Of a stretch of 64,000 nt of DNA, positions 9,210 through 17,814 are shown piece by piece (within the stretch, counting starts at the first letter, position 1; each line of letters opens with the position of its first letter). The stretch comes from Rhabdothermincola salaria (GTDB lineage: Bacteria; Actinomycetota; Acidimicrobiia; Acidimicrobiales; Acidimicrobilacustridaceae), in assembly GCF_021246445.1 (NCBI RefSeq), contig NZ_JAJQXW010000001.1:62001-126000 (forward strand), written 5' to 3'. The notes below the pieces were generated by a model. That model ran no database searches. It saw only the letters and a program-made list of their open reading frames with translations, and was not told the DNA's origin. The translations under genes were made by a program, and so were the position numbers.

Positions 9210-10091
9210 TCAGGCCAGACCCAGGCGGCGCAGCATGGCCTCGGGCACCGCGTCGTCGCCCTGGGCCAACCGGGCCGCCCGCTCCACGTTCACCTCGTCG
9301 AGGTCCCGATCCGACCACTCGTCCCAGGGGCCGTCGGGGATGCGTCGAGGGTCGCCCTCGGCGTCGGCGGTGGCGTAGAGGTACGCCTGCAGGACCAGGA
9401 GGTGCCCGGCGTCGCCCACCGGCCCGACACCGGGCACGACGACGGGAGCCTGGTCGCCGAGCTCGCCGAGGGTGTCGGCCCACCCCTCGGGGTCGCCGTC
9501 GTAGGCGTTGGGGGTGGTGCCGAACACCGCGACGGCCCCGGCGAAGAGCACACCGGCCGAGGGGACGAGCACCACGAGGTTCTCGCTCTGAGGGCCCGAG
9601 ACGGGTACGGCGCACACGAGCGGCGTGAGCCAGGCGGCGCTGGCGACGGTGTGCGACACGGGTCGGGTGGCGAAGTCGTCGTCGAACTCGGCGGCGTAGG
9701 CGGGCACCAGGCGGCGGTAGGCGTCGAGCGGCACGGGCTGGTCGAGCAAGGCGCTGGTCTGGGCCCGGCCGTAGCGGGCCGCCATCCAGAACACCGACGA
9801 GCCACCGACGGAATCGACGTGGCTCGACGTGTAGACGGCCCGGCGCACCGGGACGCCGAAGCCCTTCAGCCGTTCGTTGAGGGCCCGAGCCGCCGAGGGT
9901 GCCGACAGGGTGTCGACGACCGTGATGCCGTCGGCCTCCACGATCACCCCGGCGTTGGGGCCCGGGCGGCCGGCGCCGTCGGTGCCCAACCACACGAACA
10001 CGCCGGGGGCGATCGGTTCGAGCCGGCCGGCATCGGGAGCGACCGGCCCCTCGTCGGGGGTGGGCGGCATCGGACCGAGCAGGTCGGACAT
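9210..10091 (-). CDS. MBL-fold (cyclase-like) protein with degenerate metal motif
   Basis: PNAGVIV...VVDTL, YTSSHVDSVGG, VLFAG, VVPGVG. Confidence 0.7.
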   Translation of the reverse strand: MSDLLGPMPPTPDEGPVAPDAGRLEPIAPGVFVWLGTDGAGRPGPNAGVIVEADGITVVDTLSAPSAARALNERLKGFGVPVRRAVYTSSHVDSVGGSSVFWMAARYGRAQTSALLDQPVPLDAYRRLVPAYAAEFDDDFATRPVSHTVASAAWLTPLVCAVPVSGPQSENLVVLVPSAGVLFAGAVAVFGTTPNAYDGDPEGWADTLGELGDQAPVVVPGVGPVGDAGHLLVLQAYLYATADAEGDPRRIPDGPWDEWSDRDLDEVNVERAARLAQGDDAVPEAMLRRLGLA

Positions 10092-10192
10092 GGCGGCCAG
10101 GCTAGGCGGGCGCCATGCCCATGACGTTCGGCCCTGTCCGCCGAGCCGGTGTCGGGCGACGCTGTGCCAAAGGGCGAACCCGGGGAGCCGAC

Positions 10193-11611
10193 GTGGCCGA
10201 GGATCGAGACATCGTGGACGCCGCCGCGGCAGCGGCGGCCGCCGGGCGCGGGGCCTGGTTGCACGACGCCATGGGTCCGGCCGACGCGGTGCTGTGGGAC
10301 ATCGAGGACGACCCGGTGCTGCGCTCGACCATCGTGGCGGTCGCTCTGCTCGACCGACCCCCAGACTGGGAACGGCTCCGGGATCGCCTGGACCGGGTGA
10401 GCTGTCGCATCCCGCGCCTGCGGGAGCGGGTGGTCGATCCGCCCCTCGGTCTGGGGCCGCCGCGCTGGGTGGTGGACGACGACTTCGATCTGATCTATCA
10501 CCTGCGTCGGGTCCGCTGCCCCGCGCCGGGAGACATCCGGGCGGTGCTCGACCTGGCGCAGCCCGCGGCCATGGCCGCCTTCGACCGGTCCCGGCCCCTG
10601 TGGGAGTTCACCGTCGTCGAGGACCTGGCCGACGGACGCGCTGCGCTGATCCAGAAGCTGCACCACTCGGTCACCGACGGCGTCGGCGGGGTCGAGCTGG
10701 CGCTGCTGCTCCTCGACGACGGGCCCGATGCGATGCCCCCGCCCGACCGTCCGGCACCCCGTCCGCGATCGGCTTCGAGCTTGGCCGAGCTCTCGCTCTA
10801 CGCCGCCGGTGAGCGCCTGGCGGCGTTGGTCGGGGCGGCCCGGGCCCTCCCGGCGTTCGCTCGCGACACCCTGCCCCACCTGGGGGAGGTCGCGCCCTCG
10901 TTGGGCCGGCTGGTCCGCCCGGTGAGCCAGCCCGCCTCACCGCTGATGCGGGGGCGCAGCCTCGCACGGCGCCTCCACGTCATGGAGGTGCCCCTCGACG
11001 AGCTGCGGGCGGCGGGCCACGCCGTGGGCGGCACCGCCAACGATGCCTACCTGGCGGCGGTCATCGGGGGTCTGGCCCGCTACCACGTCCATCACGCCGT
11101 GGCGCTCGACGAGCTGCGGGTCACCATGCCCATCAACGCCCGCCGGGCGGGCGACGACATGGTGGGCAACCGGTTCACGCCGGCCCGCTTCTCGGTGCCC
11201 GCCGACATCGACGATCCGGCCGAGCGCATCCGCCGCCTGGGCGAGCTGGCCCGCCGGTGGCGGAACGAGCCGGCCAACGCCTTCACCGACGCGGTGGCCG
11301 CCGCCCTCGACGCGCTCCCTCGCCCCGTCACGACGGCGGTGATGGGCTCGATGCTGCGCAACATCGACTTGGTGTGCTCCAACGTTCCCGGCCTGCCGGG
11401 CCGGGCGTGGTTGGCGGGGGCCGAGGTGCAGCGCCAGTTCGCCTTCGCCCCGCCCGGGGGTTCGGCGTTGTCGGTGACCTTGATGTCGCACATCGGCATC
11501 GCCTGCGTGGGCATCGCCACGGACGGCGTGGCGGTCCCCGACCCCGACCGCCTCCAGCAGGCCCTGGTCGAGGAGTTCGCGGCCGTGCTGGCCCTCGCCG
11601 ATCCCCTCTGA
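10193..11611 (+). CDS. wax ester synthase/diacylglycerol acyltransferase (WS/DGAT)
   Basis: FDRSRPLWEF, HHSVTDG catalytic motif, SNVPG; start codon uncertain. Confidence 0.92.
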   Translation: MAEDRDIVDAAAAAAAAGRGAWLHDAMGPADAVLWDIEDDPVLRSTIVAVALLDRPPDWERLRDRLDRVSCRIPRLRERVVDPPLGLGPPRWVVDDDFDLIYHLRRVRCPAPGDIRAVLDLAQPAAMAAFDRSRPLWEFTVVEDLADGRAALIQKLHHSVTDGVGGVELALLLLDDGPDAMPPPDRPAPRPRSASSLAELSLYAAGERLAALVGAARALPAFARDTLPHLGEVAPSLGRLVRPVSQPASPLMRGRSLARRLHVMEVPLDELRAAGHAVGGTANDAYLAAVIGGLARYHVHHAVALDELRVTMPINARRAGDDMVGNRFTPARFSVPADIDDPAERIRRLGELARRWRNEPANAFTDAVAAALDALPRPVTTAVMGSMLRNIDLVCSNVPGLPGRAWLAGAEVQRQFAFAPPGGSALSVTLMSHIGIACVGIATDGVAVPDPDRLQQALVEEFAAVLALADPL

Positions 11612-11669
11612 CCCGCCCGGGCCCTCGTCGCCCGCCGCCCGGACCCTTGCCGCCCGGACCCTCGCCGCG

Positions 11670-11718
11670 AACCTGTCGGAGAAGTGCGCTGGGGGGTGGC
11701 GCTCTTTCCTGACAGGTT
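11670..11718. repeat. imperfect intergenic palindrome (REP-like or bidirectional terminator) between convergent genes
   Basis: AACCTGTCGGAGAAGTGCGC...GCGCTCTTTCCTGACAGGTT; preceded by three ~15-bp CGCCCGGACCCT-like repeats. Confidence 0.55.
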
Positions 11719-11737
11719 GGCGGGTGGGGGGGGCGGG

Positions 11738-13549
11738 TCAGCCGGCGTACATCTCGTCGATGAGCTCGGACCAGCGGTTGGCCACGACCTGGCGCTTCAC
11801 CTTGAGGGTGGGGGTCAGCTCCCCGCTCGAGATGCTCAGGTCGCGGGGCAGCAGCCTCCAGCGCTTGATGCCCTCGACCCGGGCGTGCTCGTCGTTGACC
11901 TGCTCGATGCTGGCGGCGATGGCGGCGTGCACCTCGGGGTCGCTGACCATCGCCTCGGCGTCGTTGATCGACTTGCCGTGGTGGGCGGCCCACTCCCGCA
12001 CCGCGTCGGGGTCGAGGGTGAGCAGGGCGGTCAGGTACGGACGGCCGTCGCCGATCACGACCGCCTGGGAGATCAGCGGCTCGTAGCGCAGGCGGGTCTC
12101 GATCTCCTGGGGCGAGATGTTCTTGCCGGCCGCGTTGATGATGAGGTCCTTCTTGCGGCCGGTGATGCTGAGGTAGCCCTGGCGGTCGAGCGCCCCGAGG
12201 TCGCCGGTGTGCATCCAGCCGTCGGCGCCGAGGAGCTCCGCGGTGGCGGCCGGATCCTGCCAGTAGCCGGGGCCGACGTTGGCCCCCTTGACCAGGATCT
12301 CGTCGTCGGCCCCGATGCAGACCTCCACGCCCGGAGCGGCAGGGCCGACGGTGCCGATCTTGATGGCGCCCGGCGGGTTGATGGAGGTCACCGCGCCGTC
12401 CTCGGTCTGTCCGTAGACCTCGGCGATGGGGAGGCCGAGGCCCTTGAACCAGCGCAGCAGGTCGGGATGGATGGGGGCCGCCCCGGACACGAGGAAGCGG
12501 GCTCGGTCGAGCCCCAGCCCGGAGCGGACCTGGCGGCCCACGACGGCGTCGAGGAGGCGGTGCTGGGCTGTCTCGATCGTGCTGAGGGTGCCCCCGGCGC
12601 CCGTGACCCCGCCCTTGCGGGCGGCGAGGTGCAGGTAGCGCTCGCCCAGCTGGCGCTGGGGCAGCGGGGACTCCTCCACCTTCTCGCGGATGCCCTCGCG
12701 GAACTTCTCCCAGACGCGCGGCACGGCGAAGAAGATGGTGGGCCGGCAGTCGAGCAGGTCGTCGGGGACCGACACCAGGCTGCGGGCGAACCACGTCTCG
12801 CCCCCGGACAGGATCTGGCCGAAGTGGCTGACCGTCCGTTCGGCGATGTGCGACAGGGGCAGGAACGACAAGAAGCGGTCGTCGGGGCCGATGGGCACCA
12901 CCGCGGTGACGTGCTCGATGTTGGCCGAGATGTTGCCGTGGGTGAGCATCGCCCCCTTGGGCGGACCGGTGGTGCCCGACGTGTAGACGATGGTGGCCAG
13001 GTCCTCGGGATGGATGGCCGCGCTGCGCTCGTCGACGACCGTGGGGTGCAGGGACAGCTCGTCGTCGCCCAGTTCGGCGAGCTCCTCGAGCTCGAGCACG
13101 AAGTCGTGGTCGAGGCCGTCGGCGTGGTCGAAGATGATCACCCGCTCGAGCTCGGGCAGGTCGTGGCGGCGCAGGAGCACCTTGGCCAGCTGATCGATGT
13201 CCTCGACGAACAGCACACGGCAGTCGGAGTGGCCGACCACGTAGGCGACCTGGCTCGAGGAGTTGGTGGGGTACACCGGCACGGTCACCGCGCCGACGCT
13301 GAGCACGGCGAGGTCGGCCAGGTGCCACTCGCGGCGGTTGCTGGACAAGATGCCCACCCGATCGCCGGCCTCGAGTCCGAGGTCGACGAGCCCGGCGCCG
13401 AGCCGGCGCACGGTGCGGGCGTACTCGTCCCAGGTGAGGGTCTCCCACCCGTCGCCCACGCGGCGGCGCAGCGCCGGGCGGGGCCCGTAGCGCGCCGCGT
13501 TGTGCCAGAAGACATCGACGATGGTGGAGCCCTGCGCATGTTCAGCCAC
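11738..13549 (-). CDS. long-chain fatty acid--CoA ligase (FadD11/FadD15-like)
   Basis: YTSGTTGPPKG, FLPLSHIAER, YGQTE, TGRKKDLIINAAGKNISPQ, ELTPTLKVKR. Confidence 0.93.
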   Translation of the reverse strand: MAEHAQGSTIVDVFWHNAARYGPRPALRRRVGDGWETLTWDEYARTVRRLGAGLVDLGLEAGDRVGILSSNRREWHLADLAVLSVGAVTVPVYPTNSSSQVAYVVGHSDCRVLFVEDIDQLAKVLLRRHDLPELERVIIFDHADGLDHDFVLELEELAELGDDELSLHPTVVDERSAAIHPEDLATIVYTSGTTGPPKGAMLTHGNISANIEHVTAVVPIGPDDRFLSFLPLSHIAERTVSHFGQILSGGETWFARSLVSVPDDLLDCRPTIFFAVPRVWEKFREGIREKVEESPLPQRQLGERYLHLAARKGGVTGAGGTLSTIETAQHRLLDAVVGRQVRSGLGLDRARFLVSGAAPIHPDLLRWFKGLGLPIAEVYGQTEDGAVTSINPPGAIKIGTVGPAAPGVEVCIGADDEILVKGANVGPGYWQDPAATAELLGADGWMHTGDLGALDRQGYLSITGRKKDLIINAAGKNISPQEIETRLRYEPLISQAVVIGDGRPYLTALLTLDPDAVREWAAHHGKSINDAEAMVSDPEVHAAIAASIEQVNDEHARVEGIKRWRLLPRDLSISSGELTPTLKVKRQVVANRWSELIDEMYAG

Positions 13550-13636
13550 ACCCAGACCGTACCCATCCCCACTGCGTTCGACCCGGGGCGGAGGTCACGA
13601 AACAACACGGTCGATGGGCGAACTACGGTCCCCGTG

Positions 13637-13858
13637 GTGGCCAACCACAAGAAGACCAAGAAGCCTCGCAAGGACCGGCACCCCCTGCCCAAGGTGGGCA
13701 CCCCCGCCGACGACGCCTACCGCCTCGAGCACAGCCGGCGCGACCTGGTCGACTTCGGCCTGGCCGGTCCCCGCAGCCGGGCCGTCGGTCTGATCGTCGC
13801 CGTGATCGTGGCCGTGCTGCTGGCCCTGGGCGTGCTGGGTCTGATCCTCTTCACCTGA
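13637..13858 (+). CDS. small membrane protein (basic N-terminus, C-terminal TM helix)
   Basis: GC3-rich codons; C-terminal LIVAVIVAVLLALGVLGLILF. Confidence 0.65.
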   Translation: MANHKKTKKPRKDRHPLPKVGTPADDAYRLEHSRRDLVDFGLAGPRSRAVGLIVAVIVAVLLALGVLGLILFT

Positions 13859-13886
13859 GGCTGGGCAGGCCTCCCCTCGCCGACCG

Positions 13887-14063
13887 TGTCGGGTCCTCGG
13901 GGCTCCGGCGGGTCCTGTCCCGCACCAGAACCTGACGTGCTCGGTCGCTCGGAGCGGCAGCTTCGTCGACAGCCGCCGACGACCGACGAACCCTTCGTCG
14001 ATCGCAGGCGGCGGTCGCCGAGCCGCACTCGCTCCCGTGCGCGCGTCAGAACCGGTGGTGCGG
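13887..14063. repeat. dispersed 177-bp repeat, copy A (MITE/REPIN-like)
   Basis: Ungapped match to 61111-61287 with 16 mismatches by manual count; inner imperfect inverted ends CCGCACCA...TGGTGCGG. Confidence 0.9.
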
Positions 14064-14114
14064 GCCACCCCCCGGAACCCACTCGAACCCGAAGCTGAGG
14101 GGAGCTGGTGCTGG

Positions 14115-14201
14115 TGACAGGCGGAGGAGCGCCAGCGACGGAGCCTCAGTCAGGTCCCGCGTTTCGGCGAAGCCGGCGGAGGGAGGCTTGCCGACCGGAG
14201 C
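14115..14201. repeat. two tandem-GA hairpins (REP-like)
   Basis: GGC-GGA-G-GA-GC-GCCA-GC-GA-C-GGA-GCC and GC-GGA-GG-GA-GGC-TT-GCC-GA-CC-GGA-GC. Confidence 0.5.
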
Positions 14202-14208
14202 AAAGGAA

Positions 14209-14976
14209 TTACAGCGAGAGGCCTCCGTCGACGGGGATGATGGTGCCGGTGAGGTAGCGGCCGGCACGTGAGGCCAGGAAGATGGCCGTGCCGGCCATGT
14301 CGGAGGGCTCGCCGATGCGGCCGAGGGGGACGTTGCGGCGGATCTCGTCGCCGAACGCCTCGAGGGTGGAGGCCATCATCTTCGACTCGAAGGGGCCGGG
14401 GGCGATGGCGTTGACGGTGATGAGGTCCGGCGCGAGGCGGGCGGCGAGGACCTTGGTGAGGTGGTGCACGGCGGCCTTCGACGCCGAGTACGAGTAGGTC
14501 TCGAACAGGGGCACGTGGAGCCCGTCGACCGAGCCGATGTTGATGACACGAGCGGGGTCATCGGCAGTGGCGGCCGCGGCGAGGCCGTCGCGCAGGAAGC
14601 GGGTGAGGTGGAACACGCCCTTGACGTTGAGGTCGAGCACCCGGTCCCATGCGGCGTCGTCGAAGTCGGCCATGGGTGCGCCCCAGGTGGCGCCGGCGTT
14701 GTTGACCAGGATGTCGAGGCGCCCGTCGCCGGCCGCCAACACGTCGTCGGCCAGACGCCGGCACTCGTCCTCGGTGGAGAGGTCGGCGGGCATCGCCCGG
14801 CAGGTGCCGAGGTCCGAGAGCTCGGCGGCCACCTCGTGGCAGACGTCGGCCTTGCGGGAGGAGATGACGACCTCGACGCCGGCCTCGACGAACCCCCGGG
14901 CGATCATCAGCCCGATGCCCCGGCTGCCGCCGGTGACGAGGGCGGTCTTGCCTCGCAGGTCGAACAGATCGCTCAC
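14209..14976 (-). CDS. SDR family oxidoreductase (RhlG-like)
   Basis: TGGSRGIG, NNAGATWG, YSASK. Confidence 0.92.
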   Translation of the reverse strand: MSDLFDLRGKTALVTGGSRGIGLMIARGFVEAGVEVVISSRKADVCHEVAAELSDLGTCRAMPADLSTEDECRRLADDVLAAGDGRLDILVNNAGATWGAPMADFDDAAWDRVLDLNVKGVFHLTRFLRDGLAAAATADDPARVINIGSVDGLHVPLFETYSYSASKAAVHHLTKVLAARLAPDLITVNAIAPGPFESKMMASTLEAFGDEIRRNVPLGRIGEPSDMAGTAIFLASRAGRYLTGTIIPVDGGLSL

Positions 14977-15446
14977 GACGGTGCGTCGCGGCTCGGACCG
15001 CCGGCGTCGATGAGGAGGTGACGGGACAGGTCGCCGAAGAGGGTGGGGACCATGACCCGTTCGGCGAAGGTCCAGCGCCCGTCGACGACGGCGAAGCGGT
15101 CGCGGTACCCGCCGGTGATGATCACCTGCAGCGGTACCTCGTCGGTGGCCTGCAGCACGGTGAAGCGCGACCGGCCGGTGGCGGTGGTGGCGTCGTCGGC
15201 GATCTCGATGATCGGGTTGGTGATCACGTGGTGGGTCTTGGGGGTCCCGTCGTCGTCGTAGCGCCGGGTGGTGCTCTCGTAGAGCTTGGTCACCGCCGAC
15301 GCGCCGGTGGCGATGGGGCTGCCGTCGGGCCCACAGATGCGGCCATGGGCGAACAGCTCGCCGACACCGGCGAAGTCGCCGGCGTCGATGGCCTCGGCGT
15401 AGAGGTGCAGGAGGTTCTCGATCTCGCCCCGGTGATCGGTCGTCAT
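14973..15446 (-). CDS. NTF2/SnoaL-like family protein
   Basis: IENLLHLYAEAIDAGDF...THHVITNPII...GGYRDRF. Confidence 0.85.
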   Translation of the reverse strand: MTTDHRGEIENLLHLYAEAIDAGDFAGVGELFAHGRICGPDGSPIATGASAVTKLYESTTRRYDDDGTPKTHHVITNPIIEIADDATTATGRSRFTVLQATDEVPLQVIITGGYRDRFAVVDGRWTFAERVMVPTLFGDLSRHLLIDAGGPSRDAPS

Positions 15447-15640
15447 GGCCGGACAGTACCGGTTGGACGTCGACCTCGCCTCGGAGTCGTGCGTCTGGGC
15501 CGAACGGACCGAATCGGCCCGAGCGATGGTCACGCAGCGTGGTCGCCGCCTAGTCTGTTCTCAGGAAAGGGCCGGAGACCGTCACCCAAGGTGGCGGGCA
15601 CGTTCGTGCGCCGCACGTGGGGCCGGGCCCGGAGGTCGGG

Positions 15641-17014
15641 ATGGAGCGAGACGACGGACGGGGAGCTGCACTCGGTGCGCCGCGCCGTGGTGCTCCGTCT
15701 CGCGAGGGATGGCGGCCCGGCGTGTTCGACCTGATGCCCATCGGCGTGGGCCTCTGGTCGCCCGAGGGGTTCCTGGAGCACGCCAACCCCGTCCTGTGCG
15801 ACCTGCTGGGGGCGACACCCCCCGAACTGGTGGGCGGGGAGCTGCTCGACCTGGTCGACCCCGGCGAGCGGGTCTCGGCGGCGGCGGCCGTCACCGACGT
15901 CCTCGACGGCCACCGCAACGCGGCGTCGGTGGTGATCCGGGTCGCCGGTCCCGACGCCCTCGTGCCGCGGGCGGTGTCGTCCACCGGCTCCGGCCCGCGT
16001 GGTCAGTGGCCGGTCACGATGCACCTCACCGGGTACTACGGGGCCGACGGCCGGGTGGCCGGCCTGGTCGGCCAGGTCTTCGACTTCGAGGCCGCCGAGC
16101 CGTCGACACCGCTGCCCAAGGGCCTGGTCCAGGTCCTCGAGGAAGGCTCGGACTTCCTGCTGGTCGTCGAGGCCGACGGCACGGTGTCCTACGGGAACCG
16201 CTCCGCGCGCGGGGCCCTCGGGGTCGACACCTCAGTGGCTCGCACCACCACGCTCGTCGACGTGCTCGACGGCGACAGCCTCGAGTTCTTCCGCGAGGTG
16301 GTCGAGCCCGCGGTCGCGGCTGACGGAGCGTGGCAGGGAGAGCTGTTCTTCCGCGACCGCGACGACCAGGCGCTCCCGGTGTCGGCTCGCTTCGTCTCCC
16401 ATCAGCCCGTCGGGACCACTCGGGAGGCCCACCCGGCGGGGGCCATCTCGATCTTCGCCCGCGACATCACCGACCTCAAGAACGCCGAACGGCGCCTGCG
16501 CCAGCTCGCCACCCACGACTACCTCACCGGGCTCCCGAACCGGCTGCTGCTCTACGACCGCCTCGAGCTCGCCCTCAACCGCTACGTGCGCTACGGCACA
16601 CCGGTGGCCCTCATGTTCTGCGACCTCGACGGCTTCAAGCCGGTCAACGACCGTCACGGCCACGCGGTCGGCGACGCCGTGCTCATGGAGGTGGCCGATC
16701 GCATCCACTCGGTGGTGCGCGACACCGACACCGCGGCCCGAGTGGGCGGCGACGAGTTCGCCGTGCTGGTCGAGGGGGTCGACGACATGGACCAGCTCAC
16801 CGCGGTCGCCCAGCGGCTCGTCTCGCGCGTCGCCGAACCGGTGCCGGTCGGGCCGGTGACCACCGAGATCGGGGTGAGCATCGGGCTGGCGGTCGCGTCG
16901 GCGTCGTGCCACGAGGTCGACACGTTGGTCGCCCTGGCCGACTCCGCCATGTACCGGGCCAAGGCCGCGGGGCGCGGGCGCTACGTCGTGGTCACCGACC
17001 CCGAGGACGCCTGA
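15641..17014 (+). CDS. PAS-PAS-GGDEF diguanylate cyclase
   Basis: ATHDYLTGLPNR, DLDGFKPVND, ARVGGDEF, ADSAMYRAK; two PAS-like segments; start uncertain. Confidence 0.92.
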   Translation: MERDDGRGAALGAPRRGAPSREGWRPGVFDLMPIGVGLWSPEGFLEHANPVLCDLLGATPPELVGGELLDLVDPGERVSAAAAVTDVLDGHRNAASVVIRVAGPDALVPRAVSSTGSGPRGQWPVTMHLTGYYGADGRVAGLVGQVFDFEAAEPSTPLPKGLVQVLEEGSDFLLVVEADGTVSYGNRSARGALGVDTSVARTTTLVDVLDGDSLEFFREVVEPAVAADGAWQGELFFRDRDDQALPVSARFVSHQPVGTTREAHPAGAISIFARDITDLKNAERRLRQLATHDYLTGLPNRLLLYDRLELALNRYVRYGTPVALMFCDLDGFKPVNDRHGHAVGDAVLMEVADRIHSVVRDTDTAARVGGDEFAVLVEGVDDMDQLTAVAQRLVSRVAEPVPVGPVTTEIGVSIGLAVASASCHEVDTLVALADSAMYRAKAAGRGRYVVVTDPEDA

Positions 17015-17030
17015 ACGAGGCGACGCGGCC

Positions 17031-17714
17031 TCAGCCGGCTGCGCCGGGGTGGTTCGGTCCCCCCGGGTCGAGGATCTCGAGGGCCTCGTGGTGCAGCAGG
17101 CGCTTGTGCTCGGCGATCACGGCGCGGTCCTTGTCCGCCAGCGACCGGGCCCGTTCGAGGGCGACAGGCACCACCTGGTCCTCGGGCGCGGTGCGGTCGA
17201 CGAACCCGGCGGCCACGGCCTCGGGTCCGGACCAGCGGTGGCCGGTGTTGATGGCCTCGGTCAGGGTCCGCTTGGGAAGGCGGGTGGCGAGGAGGGCGTA
17301 GATCCGAGGATCGACGGCCAGGCCGAGATCGGCCTCGGGCATGCACCAGTAGCCGCGGTCCTCGCGCATGACGGCGTGGTCGCACACCGTGCACAGCATC
17401 GCCCCGGCGCCGAAGGCGTGGCCGTTGACCGCCGCCACCGTGGGCCCGGCGAAGCGCAGGATCCGGGCCAGGCTGCGGAAGAGGACGGGGAAGAAGTCGC
17501 CGGTGCCGCCGACGTCGGCCATGACCCAGTCGAGGTCGAGGCCGTTGCTGAAGAACTTGCCGGTGCCGGTGATCACCAACCCGACCGGGCCCTTGCGGGC
17601 CTCGACCTGATCGAGGGCGGACGCCAGCTCGGTGGCGGTGTCGAGGTTCCAGCGGTTCTCGCCGCCGTCCATCGTGAGCAGGGCGATGTCGTCGTGCCAT
17701 TCGAGTTCGATCAT
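17031..17714 (-). CDS. enoyl-CoA hydratase/delta-isomerase family protein
   Basis: KFFSNGLDL, AAVNGHAFGAG, RGYWCMPEADLG. Confidence 0.9.
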   Translation of the reverse strand: MIELEWHDDIALLTMDGGENRWNLDTATELASALDQVEARKGPVGLVITGTGKFFSNGLDLDWVMADVGGTGDFFPVLFRSLARILRFAGPTVAAVNGHAFGAGAMLCTVCDHAVMREDRGYWCMPEADLGLAVDPRIYALLATRLPKRTLTEAINTGHRWSGPEAVAAGFVDRTAPEDQVVPVALERARSLADKDRAVIAEHKRLLHHEALEILDPGGPNHPGAAG

Positions 17715-17814
17715 CGTCGGGGATGGTGCCAGACGGGAGCGTGGCCCGCTCGGAGCCGGGGCCGCCGGGTTGCCCGCCCGAGTGTGACCGATGTGACCCG
17801 GTTAGCCTCGGTTC

